Below are positions 10,011 through 22,009 of a DNA stretch of 44,487 bases, one piece after another; the stretch's first letter is position 1, and each line of letters opens with the position of its first letter. The notes below the pieces were generated by a model. The model did not search any database, was not told where the DNA came from, and was given only the letters and a program-made list of their open reading frames with translations. The position numbers were made by a program, and so were the translations under genes. Origin of the DNA: Octopus bimaculoides (lineage: Eukaryota); the NCBI RefSeq assembly GCF_001194135.2, contig NC_068987.1, positions 40,892,003-40,936,489 on the forward strand. The letters are read 5' to 3'.

Positions 10011-12476
10011 CCCATTTGTGCCGAAATTTTTCTTGTAAATGGAATTGTCTGAAAATTCACAGACCTAAATATCAACTGAAAAAAAATTCATTGAAATCCA
10101 TTTGATATTTCCTGAAATAATCACTGTCAGTTATAACGGACATTAGGCACTGTGCATATGAATCTTTAATAAGCTCATTAACTGTGCAATTTACTTATTT
10201 ATAGACGAATAAAAGTATTATATCTGACCATAACTTTATTATGAAAATAGTCCCTGTCCACATAAATAAGATATCAATGAAAACTGAAAATTTATTTTGT
10301 AAAATATATCCTTTTGAAATGAAACTATACAGCTTTACTGAACACGATATTTCTTGAAACATTTGGGATGAACTCCTACATCACATTTTTCACATATGAA
10401 ATGACTTTTCCCAGAGCACTCTTTGCATCTCCTTTCATTTGGAATATATTCAATCCAATGCTCAACACCATCATATCTTGCATTGTTTTTCAAATGAGCA
10501 GAGGTGCATTTTCTTTGAAACTTTGGAGTGCCATACTTTTTCAATAGAGTTAAAGAAATGTTTTCAATGAAATTGTATAATGTAATTTTGTACTCTGCTC
10601 TATTCATCAAGATGCATGCATTTTGGGTGCCACAGATACAAAATATGAAAAAATAGGCCACCACCATTTATTTTGCCGCATTCAAATCCTATAGGAACTG
10701 ATGTTATGATCCAGAAGGTCAACAAATCCTATATATACTTGTAATTTTGGATGCTTTCAGGCTGTAGAATTGGAACATATTTCTTTTGAGGCCTATCATA
10801 GCGCGCAACAATGAACATTTTATAGGTTTCAAAGTTTGATAGCAGAACAACATCGTTATTATCTTTCCATTTCACAGTAACTATATTCAAAGTAGACTTG
10901 AAGTCAGCTGTTCCTCTGGGGGTATGCTTTCATTTCAGTTTTCGTTTTGAAAGGACATCTAGCCATCCTATTTCCTCTGCAGGATCCCGAGGCACATATT
11001 CCTTTCTCAAAAAGTTTCTCCATCAATTGAATACTTGTGAAATAGTTATCAAAAAATATTTTGAAACCTTTATTGCCTGTACTCCTACAGCATCAGTGAG
11101 ATCAAGGACAATGTTTCTACCTAGGTCAAATGCATTTTCAGTTTTATTGGGACTGTCTTTCTAACCAGTGTAGAGGTCAAAAGCATGCATATATCCATGC
11201 TGAGAACAAAGGGACCAAACTTTGAAACCAAACCGAATTGGTTCCCCTTTTATAAATTGTTTGGGCATAGTGCTTGCCATAATATGGAATCATACTTTCG
11301 TCATGTTCCTTAAATTTTTATTTGTAAGTGGTCAAGTAGAGGTCTGAGTTTGAATGCATGATCGTCTCCTGAAGCATTGGTGTTATCCACTAAATGGATA
11401 TTTCTCAATATATTCCCAAATCTGTCTCACTATGTGCTATTTTGTAAAATTTTTGGAACATTGTTCTCAGATGACCAATACCTTCTTTTATTAGGGAGTG
11501 GACAGTGAACTGACAGAAGCAATCCACCAAAGAATACATACAGCTCTGATTTACATACATTCAGAACTTTACCTTTTTGAACAGCATATTGGTTTGTTTG
11601 TTCTACAATGTCATCCAGTAATTCATCTGTGAAGAACAAGCTAAGATCTACTGGATTTGAGCAAGATTTTGCTTCCTCAGATATATCTACAGGCTCACAT
11701 GAAGTTGAAACATGATCGACCAATTTCTTGTTTTACTGAATTTAGTTTGTTTTAGATTTCCTGCAACTTCAATTTCTTCAGGCATATCCTGTCGACAAGA
11801 AATTTCTGCATCAGTTTCCAAAAGCCCTCTTTTCAGTTGAACCTCATTATCTGAAGCATCACTATTGCCGTCGGAGAGTTCTATATTGTGAGGGAGACCC
11901 ATGTGAACATCGCCTCTATTGCTCAACTCTTCCAATAATGCTAGTGCTTTTGCTGTTGTAAGACTGAAAGAAAAAATTACAATGATATAGAGATGTGTGG
12001 ATGCAAAATTTATTGTAAATAAAAACCAGAGACTATTTCAAATATATTATATTGGCTATTTATAATGTGAAGCTATATCAACATGCATAAAATATTAGGT
12101 GTGTTGTTTTATGTCTAAGTTGCCAGATATCCATTATAATGGGCAAGGTGTTATATTTTATTTTGTTTATGACATAAATCACAAATGGTAACAAATAATA
12201 TTAGTCATCTCACCTATGATCCTAAAAAAACACATAAGAAACCACAATAATGCCTACAGAATTAAATAATTGGAAATAATTGGCTTACCATTTACTGCGT
12301 GTCCTGCTTGTACTCGCCATGTTGCACAACTGTGGTTGTTCAAACAGACTATATGTGCTAAGAACATGTTTCATTTTTTGATACAGATCATACACAAATC
12401 ACAATTTGTATCAAGTATTTGTTTTATACCCTTATAAACTAAGTGTCAGTTTAAACGAACGATCGGCATGAATAGG
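10011..12476 (-). mobile_element. piggyBac transposon (PGBD2/3-like transposase, pseudogenised), 2466 bp
   Basis: TIRs CCCATTTGTGCCGA (10011-10024) and the reverse complement of TCGGCATGAATAGG (12463-12476); TSD TCAA (10007-10010) and TTAA (12477-12480). Transposase motifs LFFTDELLDDIVEQTNQYA, DESMIPYYGKH, PIRFGFKVW, FFDNYFTS, VDLLDHNISSYRI and a C-terminal RRCKECSGKSHFICEKCDVGVHPKCF Cys-rich domain. Confidence 0.93.
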
Positions 12477-12499
12477 TTAAATTGCACTGCAGAACTAAA

Positions 12500-15057
12500 A
12501 TTAAAAATTGGATCAAACGAGAAAAAATAGTTTGTCATCAGAGAAAAATGTTTGTATAACGAACAGAAAATTCATGAAGTGAGGATCGAAACCACTAGTG
12601 TCAAAATGCAATTAGACATGGATAGTGACATCACTATCATAAATGAAGAAACATGGGGACAAGTTGGTAAGCCAAAATTCTTTAAATCAAATAAAGTAGC
12701 ATATGGTGTTACAAGAAAGAAATTATATTTCATCAGTGAATGTATTTGTAATGTAACTTTTCAAGGTGAAATGAAAAGGACAATCATTTATGTGTTCAAA
12801 AAATCACTAGACCTATTTGGCACAGAAAGCATGGAGTTATTTAAAAAGTGGTACACCTCCATTAGTGTTCTCTATGAAAATGTAGTCAGCACAGCTAAAA
12901 ATTCTAATGAAGTTGAACAACTGAGACAAAAAAAATTAAAAAATTGTTTCCAAATGTTTTTCTGGAAGGATTAGGCTGTTGCACTAAGACAAAAGCAAAA
13001 ATTGCAGTAATAGAAAAGGCAACACCTGTTTTTAGGCCCAAACAGAACGTGCTGTTTGCAGTATTGGACTAGGTTAATAAAGAGCTAGAAAGACTAGAAA
13101 GTCTAGCTACAATTGAAAAAGTCGACCATTCAGACTGAGCAGCTGTGAGGGTTTATGTAAAGAAAAAAAATAATAAACTAAGAGTGTGTGCAGACTTTTC
13201 AACTGGATTAAATTACAGTTTACTTGAACGCAACTATCCATTAACAAACCCAGAAGAAGTGTTCTCAAAACTAAATGGAGCAAAAATTTATTCAAAGTTA
13301 GACCTCTATGGAAGTCTACCTACAGATACAGGTAGAGGAAGATTGCGCTCACCTTTTAACAATCATTTGGATTGTATAAATTCAAGTGACTTCCTTTTGG
13401 AGTAAAAGTGGCACCTGCCATATTCTAACAAGTGATGAACGCAATGTTAAATGATTGCGACTTCACTATTGCTTATGTCAACTATATTTTGATAAAGAGC
13501 AAGACAGTAGAGCAACATTTGGAAAAATAAATGAATATGGGTTTAGACTAACAGAGGAAAAGTCTGAAGTTTTGATGAAAAAAATCAAATATTTGGGTCG
13601 AGTAATTGATGGAAGGGGACAAAGGCCAAACCCATCAAGGGCAACAGCAATACAGAATATGCCTTCCGCAGTGAACATCAAATTGTTACAAGCCTTTTTA
13701 GGCTTGGTAAACTACTATCAAGTGTATCTCCTGAACATGCACAACACAAGGGTTCCACTAAATGAGCTGTTAAAAAAGGATGCCAAATGGTTTTAGCCAG
13801 AAAAATGCCAGAAGGCATTTGAGGAACTAAAAAGCATGTAAACTTCAGACTTGTTGCTTACACACTTCAATCTGAAGCTGGAAACAATACTGGCAAAAAA
13901 TGCTAGTGAGTACGGGGAAAGTGCTGTACTCCTACACAAAAGTGAAGATGACATATCAAGGATACTATTGCCAGCAGAAAAAAATCTTAGCCAAATTGAA
14001 AAAGAGGCATTGATGATAATATTTGGCATAAAAAAGTTCCACAGGTTTATACATGGTAGACGGTTTAGACTACAAACAAACCAAAGCCTGTTGCTAGTGA
14101 TTTATGGATCCAAGAAAGGAATCCCTCTACCTACAGCAAACAGGTTGCAGCGATGGGGCATTATACTACTAAACTATGACTACCCAATGAAATATTTACC
14201 TTCAAAAAAGTTAGGACATGCTGACAGCCTATGCAGGTTAATACCCAGAAATCAAGAACCAATCGAGGATACAGTAATAGCAGCCCTAAGAACATTGCGC
14301 AAGAGTTGCCAATAACTTTGGAGGAGATAAAGTGACACACACTTTTGGTAAAAAAAACCAGCAATAATTAAACATATATTCAATATGTGACAACGTACTA
14401 ATGTATGACCAAAGGGTAGTAATACCTGAGACTTTACAAAAAAGAATGTTGAAAGAATTCCATATTGGACATTCGGGGACCGCAAGGATAAAAGAGCTTG
14501 TGCGTAGTTATGTGTATTGGCCGAAGATGGACAAGGAAGTTGAAAACGTAGTGAAAGGCTGCAGAGAATGTGCTTTGGCAGCAAAATTGCCTACTAAAAA
14601 ATGGGAGCCCTGGCCAGGAGTAAAAAGTTGATGGGCAAGACTACATATCAATTTTGCAGATCCATTAAATGGTTATTTCTATTTAGTTGTAGCTGAAAGT
14701 TTTACAAAATGGCTGGAAATTGTTAAGTGCAAAAGCTCCAAATTATTCACAAGATTTGGCATCCCAGATGTGATTGTATATGATAAGGGAACATAATTTG
14801 TGTCCAGTGAATTTAGGAAATGCTGTGAAATGTTCACAGTAGAACATAAAATGATAGTTCCTCTCCATCTCAGATCAAATGGACAGGCAGAGCATTTTGT
14901 GGACATTTTTAAAAGAGCTTTGAGAAAAGCAAACAAGGAAGTCACAGATGAAGTCACTCTGCAGCAATTGCTAAGGGTATATAGGGTGACACTGAACCCC
15001 AATACACCAGCAGGAAGCTCACCAGATGTTTGCAAGGCAGGTGAAATCAGTTTTTAA
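12500..15057 (+). pseudogene. Gypsy pol: protease, RT, RNase H, integrase (many stops and frameshifts)
   Basis: QLDMDSDITII (degenerate DTG); RVCADFSTGLN and YPLTNPEEVFSKLNGAKIYSKLDL; AYVNYILI in place of YLDD; QIEKEALMIIFGIKKFHRFIHGRRFRLQT; LKEFHIGHSG...VRSYVYWPKMDKEVENVVKGCREC; SNGQAEHFVDIFKRAL. Confidence 0.92.
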
Positions 15058-15485
15058 TAAACTGTTACTTGATGTGGAAAGTAAAAGTACCAGGAAAGAT
15101 AATCCAAAATTTTTCAAAATTGCTGATATTGTTTACAGGAAGTCATATAAAAGCAGAAGACAGTACTGGAAAGAAAGCAAATTGCAAAGTATATAGGAGA
15201 AATTAAAAGCAGAAAAGGTATTGAAAAATGACACAAACCAGTTGAAGGAGTGATTCATAGAAAATGAACCAGACAGATTAGAACATATGGAATGGCTGTA
15301 CAACACCATTACAGGTGGTTGAATCCATGCATACAAGTGGAAGAAAAAGGAAGAACACAGTTTCTACAAATAGACACTGAAAAGGAAAAAATTAAGTTGA
15401 AAACAAAATGCTAAAAGAGAAAGAAGGGGTGAATAAAGTAAAATAAAATTACTTGCTTCCCAAAGATAAAAAAAACAACAGGAGA

Positions 15486-15800
15486 TGTAGTGAAAATGGT
15501 ACACCCCTTCCCACATGACAAAGTGGTATGATGGAACCATTATAAAGTCAAACAGTCAGTACTTGTTGGGGGTCAGTAGTAGTAGTAGAGTCATTGTACG
15601 AGTTCTCAGTTGGAGTCAGTGTGTGCTATATATGAGTTCAAGTTACTGTCAAGGTACATGTTACAAGTCATATTGCAGATAACATGATAGACAAGTCCAA
15701 GATAATAAGATGGGAAATTCTGCCACAACATAATAGTGGCAACAAGAATATTACAAGGCTAGCAACAACATACAAGTGGATGAGGATGCACATTATAACA
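15486..15800 (+). repeat. 3' LTR (315 bp), preceded by a degenerate polypurine tract
   Basis: AAAAAAACAACAGGAGA|TGTAGTGAAAATGG...CACATTATAACA. Confidence 0.9.
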
Positions 15801-15816
15801 GTATATATGTATGTAT

Positions 15817-15847
<31 letters not shown>

Positions 15848-15987
15848 TAATTAAGATTCAGTTGAATTGGGTACCTAAGTTGAGGCACTAAGTCAGTCCA
15901 GTATTATCTGCACAGCTTGAAGTAAGGTGAATAAAATCGAATAAAGTCATCCTGTTACTTGTTTGATTTTATATATATATATATATA

Positions 15988-16087
15988 NNNNNNNNNNNNN
16001 NNNNNNNNNNNNNNNNNNNNNNNNNNNNNNNNNNNNNNNNNNNNNNNNNNNNNNNNNNNNNNNNNNNNNNNNNNNNNNNNNNNNNNN
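15988..16087. other. Assembly gap (exactly 100 N, usually a placeholder for unknown size)
   Basis: Run of 100 N after (TA)n. Confidence 1.
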
Positions 16088-17350
16088 ATCAAAGGCAGGT
16101 TAACTAGGAAGTTAGTTTTTGTATGTGGCAGATGTTATGGTGCAATAAACACTGTTAGCAAACAGGAAACAACTTCTGTCTCATTCCAGGGAGAATAACT
16201 AGAGGTAGTTGATAGTTTCTGCTATCTGGGTGACCAAGTTAGTAGTGGGGGTGGGTGCGCTGAAAGTGTAGCTGCTAGAATAAGAATAGCCTGGGCAAAG
16301 TTCAGAGAGCTCTTACCTCTGCTGGCGACAAAGGGACTCTCACTCAGAGTAAAAGGCAGACTGTATGACGCATGTGTACGAACAGCCATGCTACATGGCA
16401 GTGAAACATGGGCTGTGACTGCTGAGGACATGCGTAAGCTCGCAAGGAATGAAGCCAGTATCCTCCGATGGATGTGTAATGTCAGTGTGCATACCCGACA
16501 GAGTGTAAATATCTTGAGAGAAAAGCTGAACATAAGAAGCATCAGTTGTGATGTGCAAGAGAGACGATTGCATTGGTATGGACATGTGGTGAGAATGGAC
16601 GAGGATAGCTCTGGAAAAAGTGCCACACCCTAACATTTGAGGGAACTTGTGGAAGAGGCAGGCCCAGGAAGACCTGGGCTGAGGTGGTGAGGCAAGACCT
16701 TCGAACATTGGGCCTCACTGAGGCGATGACCTTTGGAAATGTGCTGTGTGTGAGAAGACCCAGCAAGCCAATTGAGACCTAAATCCAAATCCTCTCCCAG
16801 GGGTATAGCCAGCCCACTTATGCGTACCTTTCCTACATTGGACACTAAATTCCGCTTGCGAAAACTTGTTGAGGCAAGTGAAATCGAACTAAATTCGACA
16901 ACTGGCACCCGTGCCAACGTCGTCTCCTTCATTGGACATGAAACTCAGCTTGCGAAGACTTATTGGGGCAAGCAAAAGTGAAATCGGGATAGCACCTGTG
17001 CCCAGTGTCACCTTTCTGGCACTTGTGCCTGTGACATGTGTAAGGATTTTTGAGCGAGATTGTTGCCAGTGCCCCTGGACTGGCTCTTGTGCGGGTGGCA
17101 CATAAAATACACCATTTTGAGCGTGGCCGTTGCCAGTACCGCCTGACTGGCCTTCGTGTGGGTGACACATAAAAGCACCCACTACACTCTTTGAGTGGTT
17201 GGCGTTAGGAAGGGCATCCAGCTGTAGAAACTCTGCCAAATCAGATTAGAGCCTGGTGTTGCCATCCGGTTTCACCAGTCCTCAGTCAAATCGTCCAACC
17301 CATGCTAGCATGGAAAGCGGACATTAAACGATGATGATGATGATGATGAT
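16088..17350 (+). mobile_element. 3' end of an RTE-clade LINE with long 3' UTR and (GAT)n tail
   Basis: LEVVDSFCYLGD...ARIRIAWAKFRELLPLL...GRLYDACVRTAMLHGSETW...RRLHWYGHVVRM...GRGRPRKTW; ends TTAAACGATGATGATGAT. Confidence 0.9.
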
Positions 17351-17379
17351 ATATATATACACACACACACACACACGCA

Positions 17380-19034
17380 TACACGTGTATAAGGGATGAC
17401 AACTAGGTGGACATCCAATATGGTAGAAAGAGGTCATCAATGACCCAACCACAAAGAAAAATAATGTTCTCCAGAAAATATTTTGCAAAATGCCAGAACA
17501 GGACAAAATGAGAAGTAAACAGAATAAAGAATTATCTATGGACTGCAGTTTCGAACATTAACATTAAGTAACAACATCCGTTTTCTCATCAGCATAGATG
17601 TTCTAGAATCAATATAATTTGCAGAACTATACATGAAATGTCTTCATGAAAGAAGACTTGCATCTAGTCCTACTGATTACATTGGGGCTATTTTTCAAAA
17701 TGCCTCAGCTCCGGCGTGCAAAATTCCGGAAACAGTTCTGCAGAGAATAATTCACTGCAGTATATGTTGCCGGTTGGAGAAAATAACTATTTAAATTATT
17801 ATTTATTTATACAGATAGGGTGATAAAATGAATATTAATTCCATTTAAAACCAAGTGGCCTAGCATATAGAAAAATCTGAAAATTCAGAAAAAATTGTAT
17901 TACACGTGTATAAGGTTTGACCACTAGGTGGACATCTAATATGCTAGAAAGAGGTCATCAAATTTTGCAAAACACCAGAACAGGACAAAACAAGAAATAT
18001 ACAGAATAAAGAATTATCTATAGACTGCAGTTTCGAACATTAACGTTTTACTTATGTAACAACATCCGTGTTCTGATCAGTATAGACATTCTAGAATCAA
18101 TATAATTTGCAGAACTATACACGAATTGTCTTCATGACACAAAACTTGCATATAGTTCTACCGATTACATTGGGGCTATTTTTCAAAATGCCTCAGCTCT
18201 GGCACGCAAAATTCTGGAAACAATTCTGCAAAGAATAATTTCCTGCAGTATATGTTGCCAGTTGGAGAACATAACTATTTAAATTATTATTTATTTATAC
18301 AGATAGGGTGATAGTGGAGGCGCAATGGCCCAGTGGTTAGGGCAGCGGACTCGCGGTCATATGATTGTGGTTTTGATTCCCAGACCGGGCGTTGTGAGTG
18401 TTTATTGAGCGTAAACACCTAAAGCTCCACCAGGCTCCGGCAGGGGATGGTGGCGAACTCTGCTGTACTCTTTCACCACAACTTTCTCTCACTCTTACTT
18501 CCTGTTTCTGTTGTGCCTGTAATTCAAAGGGTCAGCCTTGTCACACTGTGTCACGCTGAATATCCCCGAGAACTACGTTAATGGTATACGTGTCTGTGGA
18601 GTGCTCAACTACTTGCACGTTAATTTCATGAGCAGGCCGTTCCGTTGATCGGATCAACTGGAACCCTCGACGTCGTAAGCGACAGAGTGCCAACAACATA
18701 GGGTGATAAAATGAATATTAATTCGATTTAAAACCAAGTGGCCTAGCATATAGAAAAATCTGAAAATTCAGAAACAATTGTATTACACGTGTATAAGGGA
18801 TGACCACTAGATGGACATCCAATATGCTAGAAAGAGGTCATCAACAACCCAAGCACAAAGAAAAATAATGTTCTCCAGAAAAAATTTTGCAAAACACCAG
18901 AACACGACAAAACAAGAAATATACAGAATAAACAATTATCTATGGACTGCAGTTTCAAACATTAATGTTTTACTTACGTAACAACATCCATGTTCTCATC
19001 AGCATAGACGTTCTAGAATCAATATAATTTGCAG
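17380..19034 (+). repeat. Tandem repeat of ~521-bp unit (two full copies and one partial)
   Basis: Units start at TACACGTGTATAAGG at 17380, 17901 and 18784. Unit 2 carries a SINE insertion; unit 3 stops at 19034. Confidence 0.92.
18314..18697 (+). mobile_element. Young tRNA-derived SINE with perfect 11-bp TSD
   Basis: A box TGGCCCAGTGG, B-box-like GGTTTTGATTCCC, (CAA)n-like end; TSD ATAGGGTGATA at 18303-18313 and 18698-18708; CpGs retained. Confidence 0.88.
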
Positions 19035-19801
19035 TTTGATCAAATGCCTTGCCAATGCTGGGCTGGCGTGCTTTCTTTGCATATCACTGCGGCTACTGGC
19101 ACTGCTACCATGGGAAGAGCTGACCCTGATCCTCTCCTCAAGCTGGATGGCATGTGCTGGGTGTTTCCTCTTGACATGCAACTTGAAGTTGTAGAGGTTC
19201 ACCGTTTGTCCCTTGATGATGGTCTCTTTGGACTGGCACATGATGCGCCGGAAGTACAGCATTATTCCTTGACATGAGGATAAAGCAATCCTCAATATGG
19301 GGCCACAAGTTCTGAGACTTCTGGCTCTCAACCTAAGCGACCTCTGACTCACTCACAGCTGTTGCAGACTCCTCAACAGGCCCTTCATCCTCAGGCTGAA
19401 CAAAAACGTCTTCACCTTCCATAAGGATAAACAATAACTTGATAAGCCAATAACGTACACTGCTGTCACTGACACTGTATGACAGTCTGTAATGTGAGAG
19501 TGTCGCAAGTGAACACAACTCAAAACTGCATAATTACACAATGCTGCTCAGCTTGTTGCTGCTGTGTCAGCCAATCACATCTTGTCATGTACTCAGCCAA
19601 TAGCATGCCTGAGGGACTCTCCATGACATGCCCACAACAGCTAGGAACAAACGTATGAATTTTGTTAGTGGACTTAAAGTTAGTGGAAGCTGATTGGTCT
19701 GCTAACGGTTTCCAAAGTTAGTGAAAACGCTAATCCCCTAAACAAAAAGTTAGCTTTGCTGATTAACTGTTAGCAGATTAGTGGTATTGTGTCCACCACT
19801 G
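19035..19801 (-). mobile_element. 5' fragment of a hAT transposon with BED zinc finger
   Basis: Terminus CAGTGGTGGACAC at 19801 with GCTAAC/GTTAGC subterminal repeats. ORF from ATG 19422: MEGEDVFVQPEDEG...LWPHIEDCF...(C)IMCQSKETIIKGQTVNLYNFKLHVKRKHP, a W..F..CxxC..HxxxH BED pattern across a frameshift. Confidence 0.75.
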
Positions 19802-19879
19802 CAAGTAAGTATACATAGTATATATTATAAAAAATTAGTAAATAAATAAAAGAAAAAAAGAAAATGATGATGGCAATGC

Positions 19880-21560
19880 AGTCCTCCTGATACAGAACTT
19901 CTAGGGCCAGTTGAGGAACCCCACCATACAAAATTTCCCTGAACACCAAAGGCAAGAGCCCTCACCAGTTTTTGTTCTTTAACTCACAGGTATATACTCA
20001 GAGTGGTGCCATTCACTCTTGCCATTTCCATCACTTTTACCTACCTTTCAGTAAATTCACTTGAGGTCAGCACTTCCTTCCACTGTTGCCTTCCTTTTCT
20101 AGTGAAACTTGAAAAAGTTGATAAGGGTTCTATAGATTGCTAGAGTGGAATATCCACTGATAGTGTTGTCTGACTTGTAGATAGCAGTGAGTGCTTGACA
20201 ACAATTTATGTGCCAGGCATCCAGTTCAGTTTTTGTTTCACCTAGTACTGTAGCTCCATCAGGATGAACTGCAGGAAAATGTGCCTTACAAATGGTGCAC
20301 ACACACACACACACACACATGCTCACTGTCTAGGAATCTTTGCAGGTGGCAGAGGAATATCAACATGTGTCTGTACATCAGCAGCTGTGGCAATCCTTAG
20401 TTTCCACATAGAAACTGCTAATAACAGATGGACCGCCTGTCCAGTAAAACACATCCCTTCCACAAGAAACTGAATAACCGATTCTCTAATCTAATCAGGT
20501 GATAACTCAGGTGAGACATAATGGTCAGGTGGTAAACAGTATGTCAGCGTTTTCCCCCTCTGCCTGCTTTTTCAGGGACAGCTTGCTTTCAGCCCATTTC
20601 TGGGTTAGATTGGCCAATTCTGTTCATCACCTCATCCCAGTTCTTGTCCACAACTTGAACAGTTTAACCACTCCACCAGTTCAGCATCCAATGACACCAT
20701 CCAATGGCATGGACCTACCTCTTCAGGTGCCCAGTTGCAAGCCTTGTCAGCACTGATCTCGGCCCCTACCATCATCTTGTATTCCCTCAAAATGGTGCTG
20801 TCTTAAATATGGGTAGTTTCTGACACCATGTTGCTGATGTTGTCTACATATGCCAACATGGTCCTCTGGGGCCCCACTTTGAAAAGGTTGCCCCTTGAGT
20901 GTTCTAATTTCTTCAGCAGTGGCTCTGGAGTTAACACATACAGAAGAGGTAAGAGCAGGCAACCCTGACAGACTGAGCATTTGATGCAAAATGGTTCAGA
21001 GAGGTGGCTATTTACTTTGATCACCAAGCAGATGCCACTGTATATTGCAGCAGTCCAACCTCTGAAAATGAGGCTTTTAAGTAATGATGTTTGACCCTAT
21101 CTGAAAGCTTTCAACTGACCCAAATTGATTAGGACCCTTACCAAGCCAACTTTGGCCCCAGCTTTCTCTATAATGTATTGCATAAGGTGGAGGTTGACAT
21201 AGTTAGATCTGTTCAGGATCAAGCATGTTTGCATTTTCCCGAGTAGACCACCAACAGCAAGAACCAACCATTTTGCTAACACCATGAGAGAGATCTTAAA
21301 CCCTGTGTTTATCAGGGTTATGAACTGAAAATTGCCTACCACATCCCTTTGTTGGCATCCTTTTTCAACAGCAGTACCATTTCCTGTTTCTTCGCTGTGC
21401 TAGATGTGGTAGACATCTGTCCAGACTTCATCAAACAAGTCTGGCATGAATTTGTAGAAGTCATAGAGCAGGCCATCCAAACCAGGTGATTTGCTCCTTG
21501 TGCAATTACTTATCACCTCCTACATTTTGTCCCCTTGTTTTTGAGCACGCAGGTCTCTGC
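19880..21560 (-). mobile_element. Degraded Tx1/L1-clade LINE RT region
   Basis: KSPGLDGL, GNFQFITLINTGFKI, LKAF, VCQGCLLLPLLYVL and LAYVDNI correspond to KSPGLDGLP, NFRPITLLNTDFKI, RQGCPLSPLLYVL and AYADDI. Confidence 0.75.
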
Positions 21561-21829
21561 TCTGATTACACAGGCATCATGTTTTGCCTAGAAGAAATGG
21601 TCAAGGGTCAGTGATTTCTAAGATTAAACCTCATCTCCACCATCCATTCTCTCCTGTTGAGGTAGTCATGTATCTCCTCTATGGCAAAGTACTTATTCCT
21701 GTCCTGCTAATATACTTTATCCTTTTAAGATCTAGCACAAAGTACTTCCCTCAATACTGCATCACCACTCTGTCAAAGGGTCTCAATTGCAAGCTGCATA
21801 ACAGCCTTATAAGTGCTAGTATCACAAAA

Positions 21830-21998
21830 AAGCGCCCAGTACACTCTGTGAAATGGCTGTCATTAGTAAGAATACCTGGCAATAGAAGCCATGCCAAAGC
21901 AGACATTGGAGAGTGACACAGACCTCTGGCTTGTCAGATCCTGTTGAACCAGCCAACCCATGCCAGTATGGAATATAGACATTAAATGATGATGATGA
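21830..21998 (+). mobile_element. Degenerate RTE 3' tail fragment
   Basis: CCAACCCATGCCAGTATGGAATATAGACATTAAATGATGATGATG. Confidence 0.7.
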
Positions 21999-22009
21999 AG
22001 CCATATATT

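Larger units (their letters stand above)
8613..15800 (+). mobile_element. Full-length ancient Ty3/Gypsy LTR retrotransposon (Mag/K02A2.6-like), interrupted by piggyBac
   Basis: Paired TG...CA LTRs, a PBS-like site, and gag, protease, RT, RNase H, integrase in Gypsy order, with a purine-rich tract before the 3' LTR. No clean TSD seen. Confidence 0.93.

Noticed and set aside
10335-11935. Domesticated PGBD gene
   Set aside because: Multiple stops, frameshifts and deletions, with TIRs and TSD retained: a dead transposon.
18314-18390. Functional tRNA gene
   Set aside because: It continues into a ~300-bp body with TSDs and has a degenerate B box, so it is a SINE head.
17380-19034. CRISPR-like array
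   Set aside because: Eukaryotic context; whole units are repeated with no unique spacers and no cas genes.
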